This document shows positions 1-12,474 of a stretch of 64,000 bases of DNA, piece by piece. The notes under the pieces are model-generated. The model was not told the origin of the DNA. It saw only the letters and a program-made list of their open reading frames with translations, and ran no database searches. The position numbers were made by a program, and so were the translations under genes. Source of the DNA: a virus (lineage: Duplodnaviria > Caudoviricetes). Location of the stretch: positions 32,001 through 96,000 of IMG/VR virus record IMGVR_UViG_3300001598_000036. One strand, written 5' to 3'. The number at the start of each line of letters is the position of its first letter. Within the stretch, counting starts at the first letter, position 1.

Positions 1-1
1 T

Positions 2-2533
2 GGTACTAATGGTCCTGAAGTAGTTGATTTACCTAAAAATGCAGTTGTATGACCACATAATCAAACCGAACAGATTCTTAAAGGTGAAAATCATAAGGAA
101 TTAAATAGTAACGCTTTTGGTAGTGCATTTACTGGCTATGGTAATCCTTTTGGCAGTGGTAGTGTAGATGGCAATACCAAAACAACTACTACAAAAACAA
201 CATCATCTAAAAAAAGCAAGAAAAAGAATAAAAAATCTAATGATAAATGAGAAAATCCATATGATAAATATTATAATCTCCAAAGAAAAATAACAAAAGA
301 AATACGCGTACGAGAACAGCTTGAAAATAGATATAATCGTATGCTTAAACAGCGCAATTCATCAATTAAAGACTTAACAAAGAATATAGAAGAACAAATT
401 GCTACTTTAGCTCAAACAATTAAAGACGCTAAGTCTATGATGACTAAAAAAGAAGCTCAAGCTGAAAAAGTAGAAGATAAAGTAATCACCGCTGGATACT
501 CTAAGAGTAGTAAAGGAAAATATGTTAAAAAAGATGATGGCGGATATAGAAAAGCAACTAAAAAAGAATTAAAGAATAGTAAAATTCAAAAATATAAAAA
601 GAATGCTGGTGCTATACAAAAGAATTTATCTGATTATGCTTATTGAGATGAAGAAAGCCATCGTGTAATAATTAATCAATCTAAAATTCAACAGATTGAA
701 ACTAACTCAAAGAAAAAAGGAACGACTGGCAAATATTGAGCAGCATTTGGTAAAAAAGTTGAAAAATGGATAAGTGAATTAGAAGAATACCAAGATGCTT
801 ACGAAGAAGCTGAAGACGCTTTAGAAGATGCTATAGATGATTTAGTAGAAATGGAAAGTGAAGCATTAACTACCATAGCAGATTTAGATGGGCAAATTCG
901 CGATGCAATTATTGATTTGCGTCAACAAGAAATTGATAAATTATCTGATGTAAATGATTCAATTAACACTGCAAATGATAGAATTCTTAAGTCGATTAAT
1001 AAAGCTGTTAATAAATTAAGACGCGATAGAGATAATAAAGAAACAGAAACTGATTTAGCAGAAAAAGAAAGACGTTTAGCATATTTAAAACAAGATACTT
1101 CTGGCGCGAATGCTTTAGAGATTAAACAGTTAGAAGAAGAAATTAAAAATGCAAAACAAGATTATCAAGATGAATTAGTCGACCAAGCAATAGAAGACTT
1201 TGAAGATGCTAATGAAGAAGCTTCAGAGCAAAGAGAGAGAATGATTGAATTGCTTGAGGATAAACTTGATGCAGATCAAATGAATGGCGTTATTAATTCT
1301 ATGATTGAACGACTTAAAAATGAGAGTATTATTGATGGAGAATTTAGTGAAGATTCCAATTTAGGAAAATTATTTAAGAATACTACTAATTATTTGCGTG
1401 GAACTGATAACGAACGAACAAAACAATTAAATGATATTATTTCTGCTATTAAGGCAGCTTATGTTGCTCAGACAATTACTTTACCGCAAGTTGCTATACA
1501 AAACGCTTTAAATTCTTCTAGGGAAAATGGTGGAAAACCTGCTAATATTGCTGGCGCAACTGATAGTAGTGGTTCTGCTAAAGGAGTACAAGCTGTAGCA
1601 GGTTCTAGTGGAAACTATTTATTACAAGATGGAAAAGCATATTCCACTGATGCATTAACTCAAGATTCTAGTGGTAATTGAAATTTAGATACTTCACAAA
1701 CTTATCAGCGAACTGGAGCTGATATGGGAATAGATGGTACTGTAGATGATGAAAGATTTGGATTTGTTACTGCAGATGGTCAAGAACGCTGAGGTCAATT
1801 AGATACTAAAAATAATACTATTACAGTTGGTAATACTACATATAAAGATATAAAAGAAGTAGGAGAAGGAGATAATGTTAGTATTGTAAGTTCTACTAAA
1901 ACTTTTGGCAACGGAAAAGCTCCATGAGATTATACTTCTACAGGAAAAATGTGGAATAATAATACTTACAAACGTATAGCTTCAGCTCAATATTTATATC
2001 GTGATTTAGGTTATTCTTCTGATGTTTCTGGTAAATTAAATGGTGTAAAAACATTTAAAAATTACGCTTCAAAAGCAGGATTAACTATATCTTCTGGATC
2101 AGCAAAAAAGAACAAAAAAGACAAAAAGAAAACTGCTTATATTAAAGGAGCAAGTTATTTAAATCAATTCAAAACTCTTCAAGGAAAAACTATTGGTAAT
2201 GATGGAAAAATTTATAAAACAGGCGGCCTTGCTGATTATACAGGCCCAGCTTGGATTGATGGCACCCCTTCAAAACCAGAATTAGTACTTAATGCAAAAG
2301 ATACTTCTAATTTTATTCAATTAAAAGATATTTTAGCCGATATAATGAAAAATAATGGAATATCTACTAATACTGCTAATACAACAACTACAAATGATAC
2401 ATTTAATATATCAGTAAATGTAGATAGCATAGCAAATGATTATGATGTATCAAAATTAGTAACTCAAATCAAAAAAGAAATTACCAAAGAATCAAAATAT
2501 AGAAATGTAAATCAACTTCATCGTTTAAGATAG
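2..2533 (+). CDS. Tail tape measure protein, C-terminal part (5' partial; TGA=Trp)
   Basis: ORFs 341, 851 and 1949 are in one frame and separated only by TGA; coiled-coil sequence; C-terminal TGGLADYTGPAWIDGTPSKPELVLN motif typical of tape measures; lies before the distal tail gene. Confidence 0.85.
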
Positions 2534-2555
2534 TATACTAATTTACGAAAAAAAT

Positions 2556-2570
2556 TACTTTATATTAGAA
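2556..2570 (+). promoter_or_regulatory. Putative late promoter motif (variant TACTTTATATTAGAA)
   Basis: Variant of the CTACTTATANATAGAA motif repeated before structural and endonuclease genes. Confidence 0.45.
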
Positions 2571-2641
2571 TAATGATATATGTAATATGCGGCCGATATA
2601 TTTGCGGTCGGCCGCAGAATACATATAAAAGGAGGAAATAA

Positions 2642-3640
2642 ATGGCAACTACAATAACTGGTGATTTCATCGGTTTTACATATAATAATATTCATTCTAC
2701 TGAATTTGGTGTTATTAGAACAAGTAATGGAGATAGATATGAAAATTCTTTAATTCCCGATTTTGAAGATCAATCTACACAAATTCCAGGAAAAGATGGA
2801 AGTTATTATTTTAGAACAGATTATTCTACAAAAACTTTTAGTATACCAATAGCTTTTGATACTATTTCAGAAGAAGATTTTAGACGTTTTAATAAACATT
2901 TTGGCGATAAAAAATTACATTATTTAACTTTTGATGAAGCTCCTTATAAATCTTATCATGTAAAAATAGCTTCTGCTCCATCTTTAGAATATTTATGTTT
3001 TGAAGAGGGAAATAATAAAAGAGTATACAAAGGAGAGGGAACTTTAGAGTTTGTTGCTTATGAGCCTTTTGCAATAACTACAATTGGAAATAATGGAGGA
3101 TTTAAAAAATACTTAGACAATTATACAGAAGAAAATAAATTAGAATGAGCTGCAGCAAGTGGTATGCTTGAAACAAAAGGAGATTATGATAAATATAAAT
3201 TAGGTGATACAACTGGAAAAGGATATTTTAAAATTTTAAATCCAGGAGATTTAGATACTCCTTTCGGATTAAAATTAGATTTTGTTGATAATATTATTGA
3301 ACAAACAGAAATTAGTATTTTTAAAAATGGTATAAAAGATAATACGAAAGTTTTAAATATTAATAAAATTAAAAAATCAGATATAACCACTGATGTAGAA
3401 ATTAAAAGTATATATATAGATAGTAGAACTCATTTAATATATGCTTTAGACACTAATGGAAATAATACTAATATTTTATTAAATAAATATATTGGATTAG
3501 GAGATTTTTTTAATTTACCTATTTGTCATCAATCTGATGAAGCAGTAATTTTAAATATTGCTTCAAATACTTCTTGAACTGCTGGAGAAGGTAAAGATAC
3601 TGATAAATGTGTTATAACTTATTTTTATCGTTATTTTTAA
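2642..3640 (+). CDS. Distal tail (Dit)-like protein, 332 aa (TGA=Trp)
   Basis: ORFs 2642 and 3164 join through TGA and end at TAA 3638-3640; FTYNNIHSTEFG...IPGKDGSYY...LTFDEAPYKSY pattern; follows tape measure; SD AGGAGG. Confidence 0.8.
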
Positions 3641-3652
3641 AGGAGTAAAAAT

Positions 3653-6600
3653 ATGACAGAAAATTACATTAATTTAAAAAAATACGAAATAAGTTTATGA
3701 GAAGATACTATTGCTTTACGCGATGGAGTAGAATTTTTTAAAGAAAATAAACTATTCGTTATAGGTAGTGATGTAATGAATACTCAGAATTCTGTTTTTG
3801 CACCTAAATTAACGAAAAATGTAAATGGTTCTAAAACTTTAGAATTTAGTATTCATTCTAGATATTATAATGAAAGAGATGGTAAAATTATTGATAATCC
3901 TTTTATTAATTATTTAACAAATGAACGAAAAATTAAATTATATTATAAAAATGAATGATATGATTTTTTAATTAAAAATGTTAATGAAGGTTCAGAAGAA
4001 AATACTTTTATTTATTCTTGTGAAGATTTATATATAAATGAATTATCTAAAATTGGTTATAATTTACAATTTAATACTGAATTAGAAAATAATCAAGGTA
4101 GTATTACTCAATTAACAGAAAAAATTATAGCTGATACAGATTGAACTATTAATTATGATAATACTGAAACAATTCAACAAACAAAAGATGAACCTTTATA
4201 TGATTTATTGATTAGTAATATAACAAAAAATGGTCAACAAATTACTACCTTTCCGGCATTTAAAACAACAGATTTAACGTCAACTAATATTACAGTTTCT
4301 TATGAAGGAAGTGTTATAAAAAATCATTTTTATGTTATCTATAGTTCTTCTACAGAAGCAATTCCAGAAGATACTCCTTCTTTAAAATTTTTTCAATTTA
4401 TTTGTAAGGATGGTAGCGATACTTTTGTTACTGACGATGATAGAATTATTACAGATGCTGATGATTTATTTTTAAGAAATGTTAAAGTAGAAAAAAATAG
4501 TGAAACAAAAGTATTAACTAAATTATCTTGAACTACAGATAATAATGATAAATATATTATTACTTTTAACACTAATAGTCCTGGTTTAATTTATAATCTT
4601 AAAGGGCGTCGTCTAGTACGTAATCAATTATCTACTTTTGATACTGTAGCGAATCGTATGGTTAATATATATGATAAGTCTGAAAATGATACTACTAGTT
4701 ATAAATCATGTGCAGATACTTATTCAGAAGTATCTATTACGATTGATGCTTTTAATATAAATAAAACTAGATATTGAATTAAAGAAGGAAATAATTATAT
4801 TCAATGCACAGAAAGTAGTATTTTTGATAATACAAAAACTTATTATATTAAAATAATTATAGAATATAATAAAGAATGAGATTATTATATTTTACAAAGT
4901 GGGCAATATATAAAACAACAAAAAACTAATCCTACTGAATCTAATTATATAAATAAAACAATTTATGATTCAAATAGGAATATATATCTATATAAAATTA
5001 TTTATTATGGATATACCGAATCTGATTATGTTTCTCCTATTATTTTAGGAGATTTATTAGGTAATGATGATTGTTTATTAGCTTTAGATAATGCTCAAGG
5101 AAGAAAAATTGGTATAACTTCAATTAGTGGATGACAACCTGTATCAGGAGATACCGTAGAACAAAATATGTATCCTCAATATGATTACGGAAGTGGAAAT
5201 TTAATTAATTGATCTCCAACTACTGGCTCTATAATTTTTCATCCACATGAATCAAATTCACCAATATTGAATAGTAAGGTAACTGGAAATAGTATTTTTT
5301 CTACTTACCAAAAAAGTCATAAATTAACTTTACGATTAAATTTATATAAAGCTGATAGTTATACGGTTGAAACTGCTAATAGAGATGATTATATTACTTC
5401 AGAAAACCCAGTTCCAACTCAAAAATGATATAAATATGGAGATAAAATAGATTTATCCTCTTCTAATATTTTTTCTGCATATATTGGATATTATAGAATT
5501 AATGAATATGGAGCAATTATAGAAGAAGATAAAGAAAAATTATATACTTTTAATAATTTTAGATCTGGTAATGATGGATTATATTATGCAGATGCAGAAT
5601 GTACAACTTCTTTATCAGAAGAATGAGTTAAAGAAATGATGTCTGGTTTAACAGATAGTCTTCAAATTGGATTTTTTATTAAAATAGCAGGAAATGATTA
5701 TTATTTATCAGATGCTATGCAGTTATACGAATATCAGACAATGGATGGTAATCAAATATATCCAGGACAAACACCAGAAGCTAAATCGATTACTTGATAT
5801 TGTTATTATCCTTATGACGCAACAATTAAAGAAGAAAAAGATATAGTTTTAGAATATCGAAAGACAGAAGACTCAAATAGTTATATACCTAGATATAGTA
5901 CTTTTTATGAAAAAGTCAGAAGTATTGAAGGTTCAGAATCAAACTGTTTTAATTTAATTCAAACTTTATGTGAAACTTTTGAATGTTGAGCTAGATTTAC
6001 AGTTTGACATAATCCAGAAACTGGAGAAGTAGATAGAGATATAAATAATGAATATATTCATCCTAATAAACAAATAAGTTTTCATAAATATGTAGGAAAA
6101 GATAATGATGTTGGATTTATTTATGGAATAAATTTACAATCTATTGAAAGAACATTGGCTACAGATGAAATAGTTACTAAATTAATAGTAAAAGAAAATA
6201 CTAATGATTATGCAACTGATGGATATTGTACTATCGCGCGTAGTGAAGCAAATCCTACAAAACAAAACTTTATTTTTAATTTTGATTATTATACAAATAA
6301 AAATTTATTAAATGGAACTCAAGTATATAATGATTTATATAAAGAATATGGAGATTATTATTTAGGATATTATCCTAAAATGAAAAAAATATCTAATGAA
6401 GAATTATCATTAATAAATCAATTAGCTAATATAAATATTGATATGATTTCATTAGAAGCTAATTTAGAATCTTCTTATACGATATATAATAGTGCTTTTG
6501 AAACCTATTCCTCTTTTCAAAATGATTTAATGGTTCAACACGGAATTTCTTATGAACAATTAAAAGATACTTCAACAATCGAAGGAGAGAAAAAAACTGA

Positions 6601-9600
6601 AATACAAACTTTATTAAAAACCGATACTTCTTTTAGACAAAGATTATCAGAAGTAGAAACTGCTTATCAAAAATATTTAATATACAAAGGCAGATATGAA
6701 AATTATCATACTTCTCGTGTTTCATTAAAAGAAAAGTTATTTAGCACAGAAGATAGTTTAAAAACTATTTCTTCACAAAAAAGTGCATTAAATAAAGAAT
6801 TATTTGAAAAATATTCTCGTTATATTCAAGAAGGAACTTGAAATGATGATAGTTATATGGATGATACTTTATACTATTATGACGCTGAAGCACTATTATA
6901 TGATTCAGCATATCCTAAAGTTGAGTATAATATTAATGTAATAGATATTAGAGAAATAGACGGTTATGAATGTTATGATTTTGATGTAGGAGATAAAACT
7001 TTTATACAAGATACAGAATTTTTTGGTTATATCAGTAGAAATGATAATGAACCTTATACTCCTAGAAAACAAGAAGTAATTGTTTCAGAAATTACTTGGA
7101 ATCTTGATAATCCTATAGATAATTCAATAACAGTTCAAAATTATAAATCTCAATTTGAAGATTTATTTCAGCGTATAACTGCTACAGTTCAATCAGTAGA
7201 TTATTCTACTGGACAATATGATAGAGCTGCAGCTACTGTAGTAAATGGAACTTTTGATTTAGGAGTATTTCAAGAAACTTTAGATGAAAATTCTATTAGT
7301 ATTATAAATCCTAAAAATAAAGCTGTAATTTTTGATGAACATGGTATTACTTTACGAGATTTAAATGATCCAACAAATTTTGTTAGATTAACTAGTGGAG
7401 GAATTTATACTAGCGCAGATAGTGGTAATACTTGAGGAGCAGCAATTACTGGTAATGGTATTAATACTAATATGCTTACTAGTGGTAATATTAATACTGA
7501 TAATATTACAATTGGCGGAATAAAAAATTATACTTTTTCTTGAGATAAAAAAGGATTAAGCGCTTATGACTTTAATGAATTTTCTAAACAAGAAGATTTA
7601 ACTGAAGCGCAATTTAATGCTAATAAAACTTTATATTATATAAAAAGAAAAGAACATAATTATGAACGTTGTACTATAGAAAGTATTTTTAGTAGCACTG
7701 AAACTTATTATATTAAAACCGATGATATTTGTGAAGTAAATTATAATAAATTTGTTCGCTTTGATAAATATGGCTTATATGGTATTAAAAATATTAATAC
7801 TTCAAAATGAACTCCTAGTTCTATTAATGAAATTAAGAAAAAAGGATATTTTGGAATAACTTGAGATGGATTTTTTATACGTAGTTCTCATTTATCTGGC
7901 GGCCGAGTAGAAATTACTGACGAAGAAGATATTAAAGTTTATGATAAATTTGATACACCAAGAGTCGAAATCGGTTTGATTGGGGAAGATACTTCTTTAA
8001 ATAATGTATATGGAATAGTACTTCGTAAAGAAGCTGTCCCTGGAGAAGATAATAGAATTTTTTATACAGATAATGAAGGTAATTTAACAATTACTGGAAT
8101 TATTCATGCTACTGGTGGAAAAATAGCTGGATTTAATATTATAGGAGAAACTTTACAAGCCACTAATGATAATAATACAGTATTATTAAGTCCATCAGAA
8201 ATTATACTTGGTAAAACTGGAAGTCCTAGTTTTAGAGTTGCTGCTGATGGTTCTTTAACTGCGACTAATGGTAATTTTAGTGGTAAAATTACTACTTCTG
8301 TATTAGAAGCTGCTACTACTCGAATGGTCGGCGGCGCCATGATTTATAAAACTGCAGAAATTATTGATAAAATTACTGAAGCAATTGTTGAATTAAAGAG
8401 CAAAGATTATAGTCATTTTTCTGTTGGAGATAGAGTTTGTATTGTTGAATCGGATAAAACTTATGGCAGTAGTGAAGCTGAAGATTTAACAGTATATAGT
8501 ATTATTGCAAAAACAGCTACTTCTATTACGTTAAATGCGGCACCATCATATTCTAGCAATAAAGATTGTTTATTAGTTTATATAGGTAGCGCGCAAGATG
8601 CATCAAACAATAAATGAGATTGATTGATTGCTACTAATTCTACTAAAAATAGAAGAAACTTTAATAGTTTACCAAATGCAATTACTTTTAATGAAGTTAA
8701 AGTAGAAAATGATAAATTAAAATTAAATCCTAATGTTATTATTGGTGATTTATCTGAGTTAGGATTAAATTTATCTAATGGGTTATACGCAGAAAATGCT
8801 TATTTAACTGGTTCATTTTATGCTAATCAAAATAGTACTGATGCTTCTATGAAATTAGATAAAACTGGATTTAATTTAGGAAATACTTTAACTTATAATA
8901 CTACTACTAAAGAATTAGATATTAATGCTCATTCAATTAAAATTGGAGGAGTGCCTATTGGTTCAGGTAGTACAGTAGAAGATTATAATGCTTATTATAT
9001 ATTAACTTCTGGAGAGCCTACAAAAAATAATACTACTTTAGATAGTAATAATAAACCTGTATCAGATGGAAGTTATAGAGGATATAAAGGAAGTATTTGA
9101 AATACTGAAATGCCGAAAGCTTCTGATATTATGAATGCTTATGCTGGAGATACTACTTCAGAGCCACCAGAACTACCTTGTCAATTATATATAGTTAATG
9201 TTAATAAATTAGCTGATGGTTCTTATTATTTAATGACTCCTAAATTAGTAGGATCTAAAATAGAAATTTCAGGAGTATCTACTTTTAAAGGGTTGGCCGC
9301 AGATCATGGTGAGACTACGATTTTAGGCGGTTATATTAAAGGAACTAATTTAGAATTAGGAGGTAGTAATTCTGGTAGCGGTTCTATTATTATTAAAGAT
9401 TGAAAAGATAGAACTAAAATTCAATTATCAGCAGGCTCTGAAAGTTCTATAGGATATTCTTTTAATCTTGGAAACGCATTAACTTATAGAACTATTGATA
9501 GTGAAACTGATAATGATATATTAGATATTAGTGCAAATACTATTAATATTGGTAAAAAAACATTAAATCAATACATTAATGATAGTACGCAAAAACAGTT

Positions 9601-10039
9601 TGTTTATGTTAGATATGCATCTACTGATAATCCACAAAGTTTAGAAGATATATACTTAGTTCCTAATCCAGATTGAAAGGCTTGATTTATTGCTATTTTA
9701 CAATCTAATAGTAGTGTAGAACCTAATAATGTAGATAGTTATAATGGATTATGAACTAGATTAAAAAATTATAATGATACTGTAATATATATAACTTCTT
9801 CTAAAGGAACTAATTTTATTAAAGAAAATATAGATACTATATTAACTGCTCATGTATTAAAATACATAGGACAAGAAAATACTACTGAATTAACAATTAA
9901 TCAAATAGGAACATTAGGACAATTAAATTGATATTTAAACAATATAAAAATAAAAGAAAATACAAATACATTAACTGTTGTAGATGAAACTACAGGGAAT
10001 AATACTCTAAATTATATTGTTAAATTAGAGGATAATTAA
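3653..10039 (+). CDS. Large tail/baseplate hub (Tal-like) protein, ~2128 aa (TGA=Trp)
   Basis: Seven ORF fragments (3776-9403) share one frame and are broken by TGA; SD GGAG plus ATG 3653; TAA 10037-10039; YPKVEYNINV...VGDKTFIQDTEF motif of phage tail endopeptidase-type proteins; not every codon of the gaps was checked. Confidence 0.75.
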
Positions 10040-10050
10040 AGGAGGAAAAT

Positions 10051-12462
10051 ATGACTACTATTAATGTTGGTAAAATTAAACCAATACGTGAAGTCGATTA
10101 TTGAACTGAAGAGGATAAAGGAGAGATTTTTAGCGATGTTACAGAATACATGGAAGATCCTTTACATATAGAAACATTTAGAGGACGTCCAGCTCAAATG
10201 CAATTTACAGATGCGGTTACTGGAGAGCCAGGAAGTCAAGTAATAGTTCAAAATTTAGGAACTGAAACACAACCTATTTTAAAATTAACTATACCTCAAG
10301 GATTAAAAGGAGAAACAGGAGATCCTTTTACTATTGATTATGTATATCATTCTATAGCAGAAATGAAAGCAGATACTAGAGAAATTCCCAATGGAAAATT
10401 TGCTATTATAGGAACTAATGAGGAATCAGTAGAAAATGGTATGTTATTCTGTAGAGATAATACTATATCCGATCCAGATTATGGTAAATGAGTATTTATT
10501 GCTGATATATCTGGCGCGCAAGGTATTCAAGGCCCGAAAGGAACTATGGAAGTTATTTCTACAGAAACTATTACTCCTGGAAGTCCCGCTAGTGTAGTTG
10601 ATGTTTCAGAAGAAGAAGGACATGCAAAATTAAAATTTTATATTCCTAAAGGTGAAAAAGGAGATCAAGGAAATGCAGGAGAAATTATTTCCGCAACTGC
10701 TTCTACTTTAGAACCTGGTAGTCCAGTTGAAATTGAATTAGGCGGAACTACTTCACAAAGAACAATGAATTTTAAAATTCCACAAGGTATCCAAGGAGAA
10801 GCCGGAGAAATTCTTAGTGCTACTGCGACCAAAATAGCACCAGATCAAAATCCTGAAATAGTACTCGGTGGAACTACTTCTCAAAGAACAATGGAATTTA
10901 AAATTCCTCAAGGTATTAAAGGAGATACTGGTCCTTTACCTACTATTTCTATTGATGGAACTACTACAACTACAGAAGAGCCTCAGGTTGAATGAATTGA
11001 AACTGCTACTGGTGGAAAATTACACTTTTGATTAAAAACTGGTCCGAAAGGAGATAAAGGAGATACTGGTAATGGATTTGTATTACATGGATTAGTTGCG
11101 ACTCCTGAAGAATTACCAGAAACAGGAAAAGATGGTGATGCTTGGGCAGTAGGTACAAAAGATTCGAATGAAATTTATATTTGAGATATAAAAGCAATTC
11201 CTAATCAATGAAGAAATATTGGCACTATGAGCAGTACTTGGAATAGTATTACTGGAAAACCTGATACTTTTCCTCCTTCTAGTCATAGTCATACAATTAT
11301 AGATTTACAAGATTCAGAAAATCCATATCATATTAAAAATTTAAAAGTAGCGCAAAATCAAATAGATAATTTTTCAAGTCATACACATATAAAAAATCAA
11401 ATTACTGATTTCGCACACAGTCATGCTAAAGGAGATATTGTTGATTTTAATCAACACGAACATACTATTTCACAAATTACTGATTTAAATACTCAATATT
11501 ATACTAAATCTGAAGTATATTCTAAAGAAGAATCAGATACTAATTATTATAATAAAGAATATTTATATACAAAATTGGAATTAGATGCAAAAATTCCTAC
11601 AGCAGAAAAAATGAAAGAGTGAGATGAAAAATCTAAGTTAACAGAAGGAACTGATTATTTAAATCCAACTCATATTCAAACAATTAATAATTTAACAAAT
11701 TATTATACTTCTACTCAAACAGATGCTGCAATTGCTTACGCTATTTCTCAAATACCTAAATTTAGTATATTAGTAGTAGATGTATTACCTAGTTTAAAAG
11801 ATGCTAGTATGACTACTTTTTATTTGCTTAAAGTTGTTGATACTTCTGGTAAAACCAGTTATGATGAATATATATGTGTTAAATTTTATACAGAACAACA
11901 AAAAACAGATTCAACTAAAACTGATACATATATTAATGAATCAATTTTTAATAGTAGTAAAACTTTATATGCTATAAAAGTAGGAGATAATTATCAAGAT
12001 TGTACTGAAGAAAGCATTTATGATCCTGGTAGTACAATATATTATAAAAATAGAAAATGAGAAAAAATTGGTAATTTATCTATTGATTTAAGTGGATATG
12101 CTACAGAAGATTGAGTGAGAAATCAAGGATATGCTTTACAAAGTGATTTAAATGAAAGTAAAACTAGAATTACTACGTTAGAAACTGAAACATGTGTTAC
12201 AAAAATACTTAAAAATTATTCTGTAGATTATACAAAATGAAATACCAGTACTACATACGCGGAATATCCTTGATATTATTCAGTCCCATTTGAGGGATGT
12301 ACTACTGATTACTATCCAGAAGTTATTTTTGATATTAATAATGATATGAGACTTTTAGCTCCTGTATCAACAACTGGAACAAATGTTGTTTATATTTATG
12401 CTAGCGAAAAACCAACTATAAATATACCAATTTCAGTAGTAAAAATTTGAAAGATGAGATAA
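10051..12462 (+). CDS. Tail fibre protein with collagen-like and His-repeat segments, 803 aa (TGA=Trp)
   Basis: Single frame through TGA; GxKGDxG repeats; HSHT/HTHI/HSHA/HEHT repeats; WEKIGNLSIDLSGYAT motif. Confidence 0.8.
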
Positions 12463-12474
12463 AAGGAGTAAAAT

